IMG/VR virus record: IMGVR_UViG_3300012920_000029
Span: 8,428 to 72,427 of that record
From: a virus
Reading direction: 5' to 3' (one strand)
DNA: 64,000 nt
Below the pieces are notes generated by a model. The model did not search any database and was not told where the DNA came from. It saw only the letters and a program-made list of their open reading frames with translations. Positions 1 through 8,577 of the stretch are shown here, piece by piece. Made by a program: the position numbers and the translations under genes. Numbering within the stretch: position 1 is the stretch's first letter; each line of letters starts with the position of its first letter.

Positions 1-1
1 A

Positions 2-373
2 ACTTCAAGAGTATTTGAGCAACAACCGGGACTATTCTCTAGATTTGGTAGTGGAGCAGATAATATCTTACGAGGATCACAGTACGCAGGTGAAAAAGGT
101 CCCGGCGCTTTAGGACTCGGTTTCACAGGAGCTGGTGTCTTAGGCGCTACAGCTTATGGAGCCAGTCCTTCCCAAAGCTCTTATATGCTGGGTACCGCTA
201 GCTTTGGACTAGGTCCTCTAGCTCCTCCTGTAAGGTATATTAAGAAAACAGCTATGATGGCACCTGTTAAGTTTAAAGGAAACACGACCCCTAAAATGTT
301 AGGAGCTCCTGTAGTAGAGTCTCCTATGACTAGTACTCATATACATAAGTACATGCAAGCCCCCGTAGGATAG
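2..373 (+). CDS. Gly/Ala-rich hypothetical protein, 5'-truncated by the window edge
   Basis: The frame of ORF 185..373 stays open back to position 2 (TSRVFEQQPGLFSRFG...). Confidence 0.6.
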   Translation, partial: TSRVFEQQPGLFSRFGSGADNILRGSQYAGEKGPGALGLGFTGAGVLGATAYGASPSQSSYMLGTASFGLGPLAPPVRYIKKTAMMAPVKFKGNTTPKMLGAPVVESPMTSTHIHKYMQAPVG

Positions 374-377
374 TAAC

Positions 378-1316
378 ATGGGTTTATTTAGCAGCGAAAA
401 TAAAGAATCAAAAGGAAGCCCTCTTTTTGCAGGATTACTGGGCACTGCTGCAGTAGGAGCTACTCCTTTAGGAGAGTACTTAGCAGATAAGCATTTAGCA
501 CCCGAAACAGATAGATTATCTAAGGAAATAGCTAGTTCTACGCAGGAAGATGCTCTTAGTATCGTAGAGAAATTAAAAGACAACTTGCTGGATAAACGAA
601 TAAGAGACATACCTATTTTTGTAGAAACTAATACAGGAGCAGGATTTACTACCGCAGCTAAAGACTATTTGCCTGAAAAAAAAGAATTTTTTAAAGCTAT
701 TGATAAGGGAGGTTACAGAGTACTAGACAACACTGATAGGTTAGATCCTTTAGAAGCAGTAAAAAAAACTAGGAAAGCAGGAGGCTTCATTACTGCTCCT
801 GCAGGAACTGATATAGCAACCATAGCTCATGAGCTAGGCCACGCTAGCATACTTAATAAAAATCAAGGGTTTAGAGGAACTAAGCTTTTTGATAAAATGG
901 ATATGCTAGGCAGATACTTGCAAGGTTCTAATAGAGCCAGTAGAACTGCGGGCTTGTTTGCTTTAGCAGGCTTAGCTACCGACTCTGAAAATGACTCTAA
1001 GTATTTGATACCTGCAGTAGCCGCAGCAACCCAAGCACCTTTGATTTATGAAGAAGCCAAAGCAAGTAAGGAAGGTTTAAAGGCTCTTAAGAACATTATA
1101 GCCAAACAACCTACCACTTCAGAGTTAGTAGAGGACACTGCTAAAAAATTAGTCTCAGGTGAAGGTGGTAAAATAACAAAAGAAGTATATGACCTCGCTA
1201 AGCCTATGCTTAGAAAAGCATTAGGAACCTATGGTGCTAGAAGTGCGGGTATAATAGCAGCTCCTTTATTAGCCATAGCAGCTAGAAGCCAGTTTGATAA
1301 AGCTACTAGAGATTAG
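378..1316 (+). CDS. Putative zinc metallopeptidase-like (HExxH) protein, possibly virion-associated
   Basis: TIAHELGHA followed by YEEAKAS, with hydrophobic Ala/Gly segments; resembles 61685..62287. Confidence 0.55.
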   Translation: MGLFSSENKESKGSPLFAGLLGTAAVGATPLGEYLADKHLAPETDRLSKEIASSTQEDALSIVEKLKDNLLDKRIRDIPIFVETNTGAGFTTAAKDYLPEKKEFFKAIDKGGYRVLDNTDRLDPLEAVKKTRKAGGFITAPAGTDIATIAHELGHASILNKNQGFRGTKLFDKMDMLGRYLQGSNRASRTAGLFALAGLATDSENDSKYLIPAVAAATQAPLIYEEAKASKEGLKALKNIIAKQPTTSELVEDTAKKLVSGEGGKITKEVYDLAKPMLRKALGTYGARSAGIIAAPLLAIAARSQFDKATRD

Positions 1317-1515
1317 TTTCTTCTTCCGATAAATCATCTAAATCATCTACTCTTGGTAATAGATCATTATTAATCTCTTGCTTATCAGGAAATTCTTGCT
1401 TAAATAAGATAGTCATGCAACTATTGCAAATACCTCCATCAGGAGTTTCGTCAATATCTGCATGTAAGCAGAGTTCGGGAGTTAAGTCGCTTTCGAAATA
1501 ATCACTATTGTCCAT
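1306..1515 (-). CDS. Small Cys-containing hypothetical protein
   Basis: Fills the gap between + genes; GGAG RBS precedes the ATG at 1515; CxH...CxxC motif. Confidence 0.45.
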   Translation of the reverse strand: MDNSDYFESDLTPELCLHADIDETPDGGICNSCMTILFKQEFPDKQEINNDLLPRVDDLDDLSEEETNL

Positions 1516-1525
1516 AGGAGTCTCC

Positions 1526-2158
1526 ATGAGAAAATTTGGCGTTGTTAATGAGGAGAGAACCTCACTTAGTAATTCTACCCTAAAAGCTGCTACAGCAGAA
1601 GAGTTACCTCCAGAATTAGATGAGAATCTAGAAGTAACTGAGTTAGATGAAGAAGCTCAAGCACTGCAAGATATGCTAGATAATATGAATTCCACTAGGC
1701 AAACTCCTAGAGATCATTGGTTAGAAGAGATCGAACTTGAGAACTTAACAAGTGAAGAGGCTGCTAAGATCCTTGATCAAGTTATTACTAACGGAATGTA
1801 CGAAGAAACCTACAAGATGGGTCGTATGGTAGTAAGACTAAGAACCCGCACTACTTCTGATGCAGATAGAGTTATTGAGGCTATACAAGACTTTAAACCA
1901 GAGACCAATGGAACTCTTTCTCATTTGATTGCAAGAATGAATCTTGCAGCTAGTATTTCAAAGTTTGGAGATAAGCAGTTTAACTTCACAGCACCTAATG
2001 ATGGTGATCAAGAAGTTTTAGAATTAGAGTTTACTGAGAGGTATAACTTTTTGAGCAATGTCCCATCCCAAATCTTTTTTGCTCTTACACAAATTCTAGA
2101 AAGATTTGATAGAAGAGTGCAGCTGGCTTGTGACCCTAGAGCTATCGAAAATTTTTAA
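1526..2158 (+). CDS. Tail assembly chaperone (gpG-like), with predicted -1 frameshift extension
   Basis: Two genes upstream of the tape measure; ends in slippery heptamer A AAT TTT directly before TAA. Start could be 1508 or 1526. Confidence 0.65.
   Translation: MRKFGVVNEERTSLSNSTLKAATAEELPPELDENLEVTELDEEAQALQDMLDNMNSTRQTPRDHWLEEIELENLTSEEAAKILDQVITNGMYEETYKMGRMVVRLRTRTTSDADRVIEAIQDFKPETNGTLSHLIARMNLAASISKFGDKQFNFTAPNDGDQEVLELEFTERYNFLSNVPSQIFFALTQILERFDRRVQLACDPRAIENF
2149..2155 (+). other. -1 programmed ribosomal frameshift slippery site (A AAT TTT)
   Basis: X XXY YYZ heptamer in the correct frame; the -1 frame is open from 2155 into ORF 2188..2499; a possible stem-loop follows at 2163-2202. 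Confidence 0.7.
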
Positions 2159-2187
2159 GTAAGCCCTGGGGTAGTGCTAGAGCACAA

Positions 2188-2499
2188 ATGCTTTTATGGG
2201 GCATAGAAATACCTCCTAGAGGCAGTGCTAGAAGCTGGATCATGGAGGAGATGGTTCACAGAGAGCGTATGCGAAAATGGCACTACCACTACTCACAAGT
2301 TCTTGGTTTAGCAGCACAAGTAACTGGTGATAAGAATCTGTTAGACAAATTAGCTTCTAGATTAGATAAACTTTTTAATATGGAGCTACATATCCCGGAA
2401 TCCTATGATTTTATAGGAACAGATGGCGATATTGAAGATAGAGTTTCTCCTTCTGACGAAGAACTCCTAAACATGTTAGACAGGATACCAGATGTATAA
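2188..2499 (+). CDS. Tail assembly chaperone C-terminal (gpT-like) portion
   Basis: In the -1 frame relative to the upstream chaperone; overlaps the tape measure start. Confidence 0.6.
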   Translation: MLLWGIEIPPRGSARSWIMEEMVHRERMRKWHYHYSQVLGLAAQVTGDKNLLDKLASRLDKLFNMELHIPESYDFIGTDGDIEDRVSPSDEELLNMLDRIPDV

Positions 2500-5400
2500 C
2501 CAAGTCCAGGGCACTTACCCCCAACTAGCAGGTAGTTTTTACAACGCACAAGGCATGATGCCTCATGACAATGGTAGGACTGCTCATCAAGTACCTACTT
2601 TTTTTGGTGGCTTACAGAACATGATGTCTGCTAGTCATGCGATGACTAACTACCGGAACATACCTTTAGGGCAGAGTATATTAAGAACACAAGCTCAAGC
2701 AGGTCAGCAATATGCAAATAATATGGGAGCTGTCATAGGAGGAATAGGAACAGGAACTACTCTTGTAACAGCAGGAGCTGGTTTAGCGGCTATGGGAGGA
2801 GTAGGTGCAGGAACTGCGTTAGGATCTGCTCTTGGGATAGTAGGTGGGGGATTCGGTATGGGGGCTAGTATAGCTATAGGAGCCACTGTACATTCGTACA
2901 AAAAAAAGATGCGTGAAATTGAAGAGATGCGCCAGTTAACCCAACACGGTAATTTTGGGTATGGTTTAACAGATCCTTTTACAGGGCATATGACTAGAGC
3001 TAACGCTTTAAACCTAAGCTCTAGTTTAGGTGGGGCAGCTAGAGCAAGTGATTTTAAATCTTCTGATTTTAAAAAAATCACAGGCATGGCTAGTAACATG
3101 GGGATGCTTTCAGGCACCAATAATATTGGTGAAATAACAAAAAAAATTACCGACCTAGCTAAGGCGTCTAGAGAGATAGTAATGTTAGGTGAAGGTATTT
3201 CTATGAATGATGCTATGAACCTTCAGAAGCTAACTCAAGATATGGGCATAGATACAGGTAAGTTTAGAGCAATGGGCTTAGGCAAGAACTTAGTTACTGC
3301 TGCTAGAGCAGCTAGAGTATCTATGGATCAAGCAGCTCAGATGGGCGGACAAGGAGCTATTACTTTTCAACAAATGGGTCTAGGTGCTGCTTCTGGTATG
3401 AATGCCGCATTCAGTATGAGCAATGCAGCTCAAGCACTAGTAAACACAGGCTCTATAGATCAGAGACTTCTTAAGCAGTTGGGCGGGGTACAAGGCCTAG
3501 GACAAAACTTAATTGCTGGGCAAGCGAGTACTATGGGTAGACTAGCAGACACCCTAGTTATGGGTGCTGCTAAAATGGACCCTGATGGAAACTTTCGCAT
3601 AGATAGAGAGTTATTAGATCAATTTACTAGAGGAGATGTCTCTAGGGAAGATATGATTCGTAGAGGCAAAAATCTAGGTAAAGGCCTAAGTAAATTTGAA
3701 AGAAGCCGAATGTTAGAACAACTAAACCGTCAAATGCCTGAATTAAAACAACAAGTAACTGATTCGTTAAACAATGAAGAAATTATGCAAATTCAAGGCC
3801 AAGAGGTTATGGCTTTAAAAGAGCGTACTGGAATGAGTATGCGCCAAGCCGCTAATGCTTATTTTCAAGATGCAGGACAAGCAGACTCATTTCTAGCGTA
3901 TGCCCAAAACTTTAGTAAAGTCAGGTCTGAAAGTCGTAGACAACAACGCATAACAGCTACTGAAGAAATGTATAGATACGGAGGTATGTCTAAGAGTAAT
4001 TCACTACTTAATAGAATGGGTAGAGGCGCCACTGAACTAGGGTCAGATTTTATAGATTTTATGCTTAGAGGGACCGATCAACTAGGAGAGCATATAGCTA
4101 AGCAAGTAGCTGACGAGCAAGATAGGATAGCTAGAGGCTCTGCTAGGCTATTTAGTCATTTAGATGTCGAAGAAGGTCCTAGAATAAACTTCACTGCTAG
4201 CGATCTAGTAAATTCACAAGACATTGGGAGAAGCAGACTTGGAACATCTAAGGTTGAGATGTTAGAAAAGCTAGGAGCAGAAAAGTACATGGAACGTATG
4301 GGAATAGACGGTATTTTTGACTTTGGAGGTGGAGGTTTAGCAGAGAGAGTAATGGAAGCAGAGTTTGGTGAAATGAATCCACTAAGTAAGGCACTTAGAG
4401 GACATTACTCAGGATTTGAGTATAGTTACGGTAATTATGATGAACGTTTAGAAGGTGTTCTTATAAGTCAGGCTCAGTTAACTGATGAGGCGGATTTAAT
4501 TAATCAAATACAAGAAGACGCTAGAGATTATAGTAGAAAAGATAAGCGTAGCAGAAGGGTATTTGAAGAATCTTTAAAAGAACTAACTAAGATAGGAGAG
4601 CAACGCCAAAGAGGCGATGTAACAAATATACATGACATGACTCCTAGTATGGTAGCCATGAAGTTAGGCGTAGATATTGGAGATAAACAAGTTAGAGCTG
4701 CTATAGGTAAAGCGTTTAGCACAGTTATGGAGGGTAAGGGATCTGCAAATGCTCGTATAGGGCTATCAACAATGATGGCTGAGCTAGGAGGAATAGTGGG
4801 TTACACGGATAAACTTGAAGATAAAGGTAATTTTGAAGAAGACGTACTTAGCTTAGGTAGAGGAGGCTCTCTTAAAGCTGAAGGTTTAGACAAAGCCCTA
4901 TACGAATCCAATATAGGGGGAGATGATTTAAAAAAGATAATCGATGCTATTGCTAGAACCCCTGAGATGTTTCAAGGAAATACTCCCTACAATATTGCAG
5001 AAGTGTTTGATGAAGCAGGTATAAAAGATTTCTCTAAGTTTAATATGGGAGGGGTAAAAACCCTTATAGATGTAATTAGAGGAGGCACAGTTACTAGACA
5101 GGATAAGGAAGGTAAATCAGAATCTTTCTCTTTAGGGACACAGCATCTGTTAGACTTAGATCTTTCTAATATACGTAGTAACTTTGTTGAGACTAGAAAA
5201 AACAGGATACTCAGCGAAGAAAGAAAAAAATTCAATAGAAGAATAGGTCAGAATTTAGGAAATGCTAAAGGGGGAGAGCTTATAAGAGACCTTAAGAAAG
5301 GAAGTATAGGCCCTTTTTCTAGATACCAAGATCAAGCTACCCAGGTAATATTAGACCAGATTATGAAACAAGAAGGGGTCCAGAAGGACATAGATGATGT

Positions 5401-6154
5401 AGTAGAATATGATCTCGAAAGATTTGAAAAAGAACTAGAGTCTAGGGTAGACGCCAATGTGGCTGCAGGTAGGAATCGTTTTGAAGGTTTTTCAGAAGCA
5501 GATAGGAACTATTTTATAAATACTTATAGGCATAGTAAAACAAATGAACATACAGTTAAAGTAAGGAACCAAAAAAGAAAAGAACTTAGAAAACAAGCTT
5601 CCGATCATGTAAGAGAAATTCAAGAAAGGCATGTAAAAGATGAAGACGTTAATAAAGAGCTAATTAATGAAAAAGCTAAAGAACTCTTAGAAAAAGATAA
5701 AGAGAAATACTCTACAGCTCTATTCAACAAAGATGCTACTACCCTTAAACAAGTACTAGAAGGGCTTACATTTGGAGCCGAGGATCCCGACAAGAAAAAA
5801 GCTTATCAGAACTTAATGAATAAAGACTATTTTGAGGAGTTAGAGTCTGAGTATCAAGCGACTAGAGTTAATCTTAAACTATCGGGAGCCTCTCAAGAGG
5901 AAGTGCAAAAAGCTAAAGACGAAATGATACTTAAGATAGCTAACGAAGTAGCTAAGGCAGGCGAGGGTAAGACTAAAAAAGACGAGTCTTTAAAATTAGA
6001 AGATGTTATGGCCAATGTAGCTAAAGCTTTAGATGGTCAAAATCAAATACTAAATAGAATAGCCACTTCAGCAAAAGACGGTAAGATGGAGCTAATACTA
6101 ACAGCGAGTACAGGCTCAAAATCTAGTAAACCAGCAGATGGAGAAGACCCATAA
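2492..6154 (+). CDS. Tail tape measure protein
   Basis: 1220 aa, Ala/Gly/Met-rich helical N-half with a hydrophobic segment; lies between the frameshifted chaperone and baseplate genes. Confidence 0.7.
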   Translation: MYNQVQGTYPQLAGSFYNAQGMMPHDNGRTAHQVPTFFGGLQNMMSASHAMTNYRNIPLGQSILRTQAQAGQQYANNMGAVIGGIGTGTTLVTAGAGLAAMGGVGAGTALGSALGIVGGGFGMGASIAIGATVHSYKKKMREIEEMRQLTQHGNFGYGLTDPFTGHMTRANALNLSSSLGGAARASDFKSSDFKKITGMASNMGMLSGTNNIGEITKKITDLAKASREIVMLGEGISMNDAMNLQKLTQDMGIDTGKFRAMGLGKNLVTAARAARVSMDQAAQMGGQGAITFQQMGLGAASGMNAAFSMSNAAQALVNTGSIDQRLLKQLGGVQGLGQNLIAGQASTMGRLADTLVMGAAKMDPDGNFRIDRELLDQFTRGDVSREDMIRRGKNLGKGLSKFERSRMLEQLNRQMPELKQQVTDSLNNEEIMQIQGQEVMALKERTGMSMRQAANAYFQDAGQADSFLAYAQNFSKVRSESRRQQRITATEEMYRYGGMSKSNSLLNRMGRGATELGSDFIDFMLRGTDQLGEHIAKQVADEQDRIARGSARLFSHLDVEEGPRINFTASDLVNSQDIGRSRLGTSKVEMLEKLGAEKYMERMGIDGIFDFGGGGLAERVMEAEFGEMNPLSKALRGHYSGFEYSYGNYDERLEGVLISQAQLTDEADLINQIQEDARDYSRKDKRSRRVFEESLKELTKIGEQRQRGDVTNIHDMTPSMVAMKLGVDIGDKQVRAAIGKAFSTVMEGKGSANARIGLSTMMAELGGIVGYTDKLEDKGNFEEDVLSLGRGGSLKAEGLDKALYESNIGGDDLKKIIDAIARTPEMFQGNTPYNIAEVFDEAGIKDFSKFNMGGVKTLIDVIRGGTVTRQDKEGKSESFSLGTQHLLDLDLSNIRSNFVETRKNRILSEERKKFNRRIGQNLGNAKGGELIRDLKKGSIGPFSRYQDQATQVILDQIMKQEGVQKDIDDVVEYDLERFEKELESRVDANVAAGRNRFEGFSEADRNYFINTYRHSKTNEHTVKVRNQKRKELRKQASDHVREIQERHVKDEDVNKELINEKAKELLEKDKEKYSTALFNKDATTLKQVLEGLTFGAEDPDKKKAYQNLMNKDYFEELESEYQATRVNLKLSGASQEEVQKAKDEMILKIANEVAKAGEGKTKKDESLKLEDVMANVAKALDGQNQILNRIATSAKDGKMELILTASTGSKSSKPADGEDP

Positions 6155-6360
6155 TGAGCACACCTCTACAACAAAGATACATACTACCTACCAGTAATAG
6201 TCTCTTATGCTACAGGCTCATGGAGTGCATTGCAGATCATAAGAATAGCAAAGAGCATAAGTACGACCACTTTCCTACTTATAATCTTTCTATGGCTGTT
6301 GCTGATCAAAATACTGTTCTTATGACTGAGGTTTCTCAGCAGGGAAGGCTAGGAGATTAA
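6154..6360 (+). CDS. Hypothetical protein
   Basis: Translationally coupled (TAATG) to the tape measure gene. Confidence 0.45.
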   Translation: MSTPLQQRYILPTSNSLLCYRLMECIADHKNSKEHKYDHFPTYNLSMAVADQNTVLMTEVSQQGRLGD

Positions 6361-6361
6361 G

Positions 6362-7768
6362 ATGCGATATAATGGTGTGTACTCCAGTGCAGAGTCTGGA
6401 GTAAAAAAAGGTTCTAGCTCTTTATTTAACTATAACTCAGGGCAGTTTTCGGTTATAGATAGTAAGAGCAGACGCCCTATACTAAGCACGGGAGATTTAG
6501 CTAATGCAGATCTTAATGTAGCTAAAATACGGTTAGTTAGTACTATACCTGATAAACCTGTAGATGACTCAACTACTCCTACTAATAAGAAAGTGGAGAA
6601 TAAAGCTTACGTAGGATTTATCTTATCTGCAGTACAAGAACAACATGCTGAAAAGATGCAAGTAGTAAGCCTACCAGGAGATGCATATGCTTCGTATTTC
6701 TATGGGTCTCAGCCTAGGCAGTTTTCTTTCCAAGGGATACTTCTTAATACAGCAGAAGATCAGTGGAGAGATGCTTTTGAGCAGATGTATGAAAAATATC
6801 TTAGAGGCTCAGCTGCTAGTCGCAGATTTAATATGGTTCAAGTTAGCTATGATAATAGAGTAGTTTCTGGATGGCTTACTAGTATGAGTCAACAAGTTAG
6901 TTCTGCTAGCGACACCTATAATTCCTTCAGTTTCACTATGTTAGTTAGTCGTATAGATATAATTGGAGGTAACAAAGAACTCTTCTTAAATTATATGACA
7001 AAGCAACAAGGTATACTTACCGATTCGAATATAGAGGCTGATTTCGCAGTACTAAATAATAAAAACTACAACGCATTAGTTAATCCTGTAAGGACAGGTA
7101 TGATGAAGACCCCGCCTAGACCTAAGCGGGGTGGTAAGCGTTCTAGACCTACTAACGATTGCCCATTTACCCGACCAACAGGGCAAGGCGGCCAACCTAA
7201 TAATGCTGGAGGACCCACCATCTCCACCGATTTTAGAACAACTGCTGAGTGTACTATCACAGAAGCTTTTATAGCTAAAAAACAAGAAATAGACCACCTA
7301 GAAAAACAACTTGAAGAAGCTAAAAAAGATTCAAGTAAAGCTACTCAAGAAGATGTAATGAAACTACGCGCGGAGTATGCTAGACAGATAAATTTATATA
7401 ATGAAAAAGCAGCAGAATTACAAGATGAGCTACAAGCAGAGTATCATGAAGCTTTAACAAGAAAAGGAGATGCTGGAGGTAACGCCTATTCTATAAAAGA
7501 TCCTAGTAAAAAAAACTCAAGCACACTTATAAAGGTAAACACTTTTGCCCCCGGAAATGTAGTGACACAAAATGAATACGGAGAATCACTTAATTCAAAA
7601 GTAGTTGTAACTGCTTCTGTAACTACACTGCAGCAAAACCAAAGATTGATAGATGACTCCTTGGCTAAATCAAGAGTTAGGGATGAAGCTAAGAAGGCTA
7701 AAGAAAAGAAAGCAAAAAACGACAGAGACTCCGCTACTCTAGATAACTTATTAAACTCTGGAGAATAA
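6362..7768 (+). CDS. Putative tail/baseplate-associated protein (tube initiator/hub-like N-domain plus coiled coil)
   Basis: Beta-rich N-domain (YFYGSQPRQFSFQGILLN); GGAG RBS; position after the tape measure. Confidence 0.45.
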   Translation: MRYNGVYSSAESGVKKGSSSLFNYNSGQFSVIDSKSRRPILSTGDLANADLNVAKIRLVSTIPDKPVDDSTTPTNKKVENKAYVGFILSAVQEQHAEKMQVVSLPGDAYASYFYGSQPRQFSFQGILLNTAEDQWRDAFEQMYEKYLRGSAASRRFNMVQVSYDNRVVSGWLTSMSQQVSSASDTYNSFSFTMLVSRIDIIGGNKELFLNYMTKQQGILTDSNIEADFAVLNNKNYNALVNPVRTGMMKTPPRPKRGGKRSRPTNDCPFTRPTGQGGQPNNAGGPTISTDFRTTAECTITEAFIAKKQEIDHLEKQLEEAKKDSSKATQEDVMKLRAEYARQINLYNEKAAELQDELQAEYHEALTRKGDAGGNAYSIKDPSKKNSSTLIKVNTFAPGNVVTQNEYGESLNSKVVVTASVTTLQQNQRLIDDSLAKSRVRDEAKKAKEKKAKNDRDSATLDNLLNSGE

Positions 7769-7770
7769 AC

Positions 7771-8577
7771 ATGATACTCGATACTTATCAGCACATTGTA
7801 ATAGAAACAAGCTCACCAGTAACTGAGAATCAAGTAACAGTTACTCTTAGCTCTGATTTTTATACCCCTACGCTAGAGGTGTTTTCAGACCAGTACTACT
7901 TAAAAATTAACACTAATTCTGTAGAAATACATCCTAACATGGAGTGGATTCCCTCGACTACTATAACTGTTATAGTAGAAGGTGATACTCACACCTTTAC
8001 TACTAAGGAAGACTTCTACTACTATTTACCAGAACAAGTAGCTTACTCTAAAAACTTTATAACACAACAAGACCCTTGGGACGAGTTATTAAAGTTGGGT
8101 TTAACCACCACTGAAGAAATAAATTTACTAAAATCTTTGCCAGAAGGAATAAGTAAGGTAGGGCATAAGTTATCTAAGTGTTTGGTAGGAGCTTTTTTAT
8201 ACAATAACACTGTAGAGAATAAAGCTATAACACTTCTAAAAGGCTTACGTAGAGCCATGCAGCTACTCGTTATATTAGAGCTTGAGGTTTTAGTAGAATA
8301 CTTTTTGTTTACACCAGGACCTAGTATAGACTGGTTTAGAAAAGCAGCAATACCATTTTCAGTATCTGACGATGAAGTATTCACTAGATTTGCTAAAATA
8401 GCTGTAGATATAGATAAACTAGAAGCTAAGTTAATTAGCTCTGATATGAACATTGCTGTTATAGATTCTTTAAAGTACCATATATCTCCCGACTCAGATT
8501 ACTACGAATTAGTAAGAGCAATAACCTTGTATTTCATGGCTTTAAGGTATTACAGCAATGGCGAATTTAGCTACTAG
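7771..8577 (+). CDS. Hypothetical protein (tail module)
   Basis: 268 aa ORF with GGAG RBS, in the operon. Confidence 0.55.
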   Translation: MILDTYQHIVIETSSPVTENQVTVTLSSDFYTPTLEVFSDQYYLKINTNSVEIHPNMEWIPSTTITVIVEGDTHTFTTKEDFYYYLPEQVAYSKNFITQQDPWDELLKLGLTTTEEINLLKSLPEGISKVGHKLSKCLVGAFLYNNTVENKAITLLKGLRRAMQLLVILELEVLVEYFLFTPGPSIDWFRKAAIPFSVSDDEVFTRFAKIAVDIDKLEAKLISSDMNIAVIDSLKYHISPDSDYYELVRAITLYFMALRYYSNGEFSY

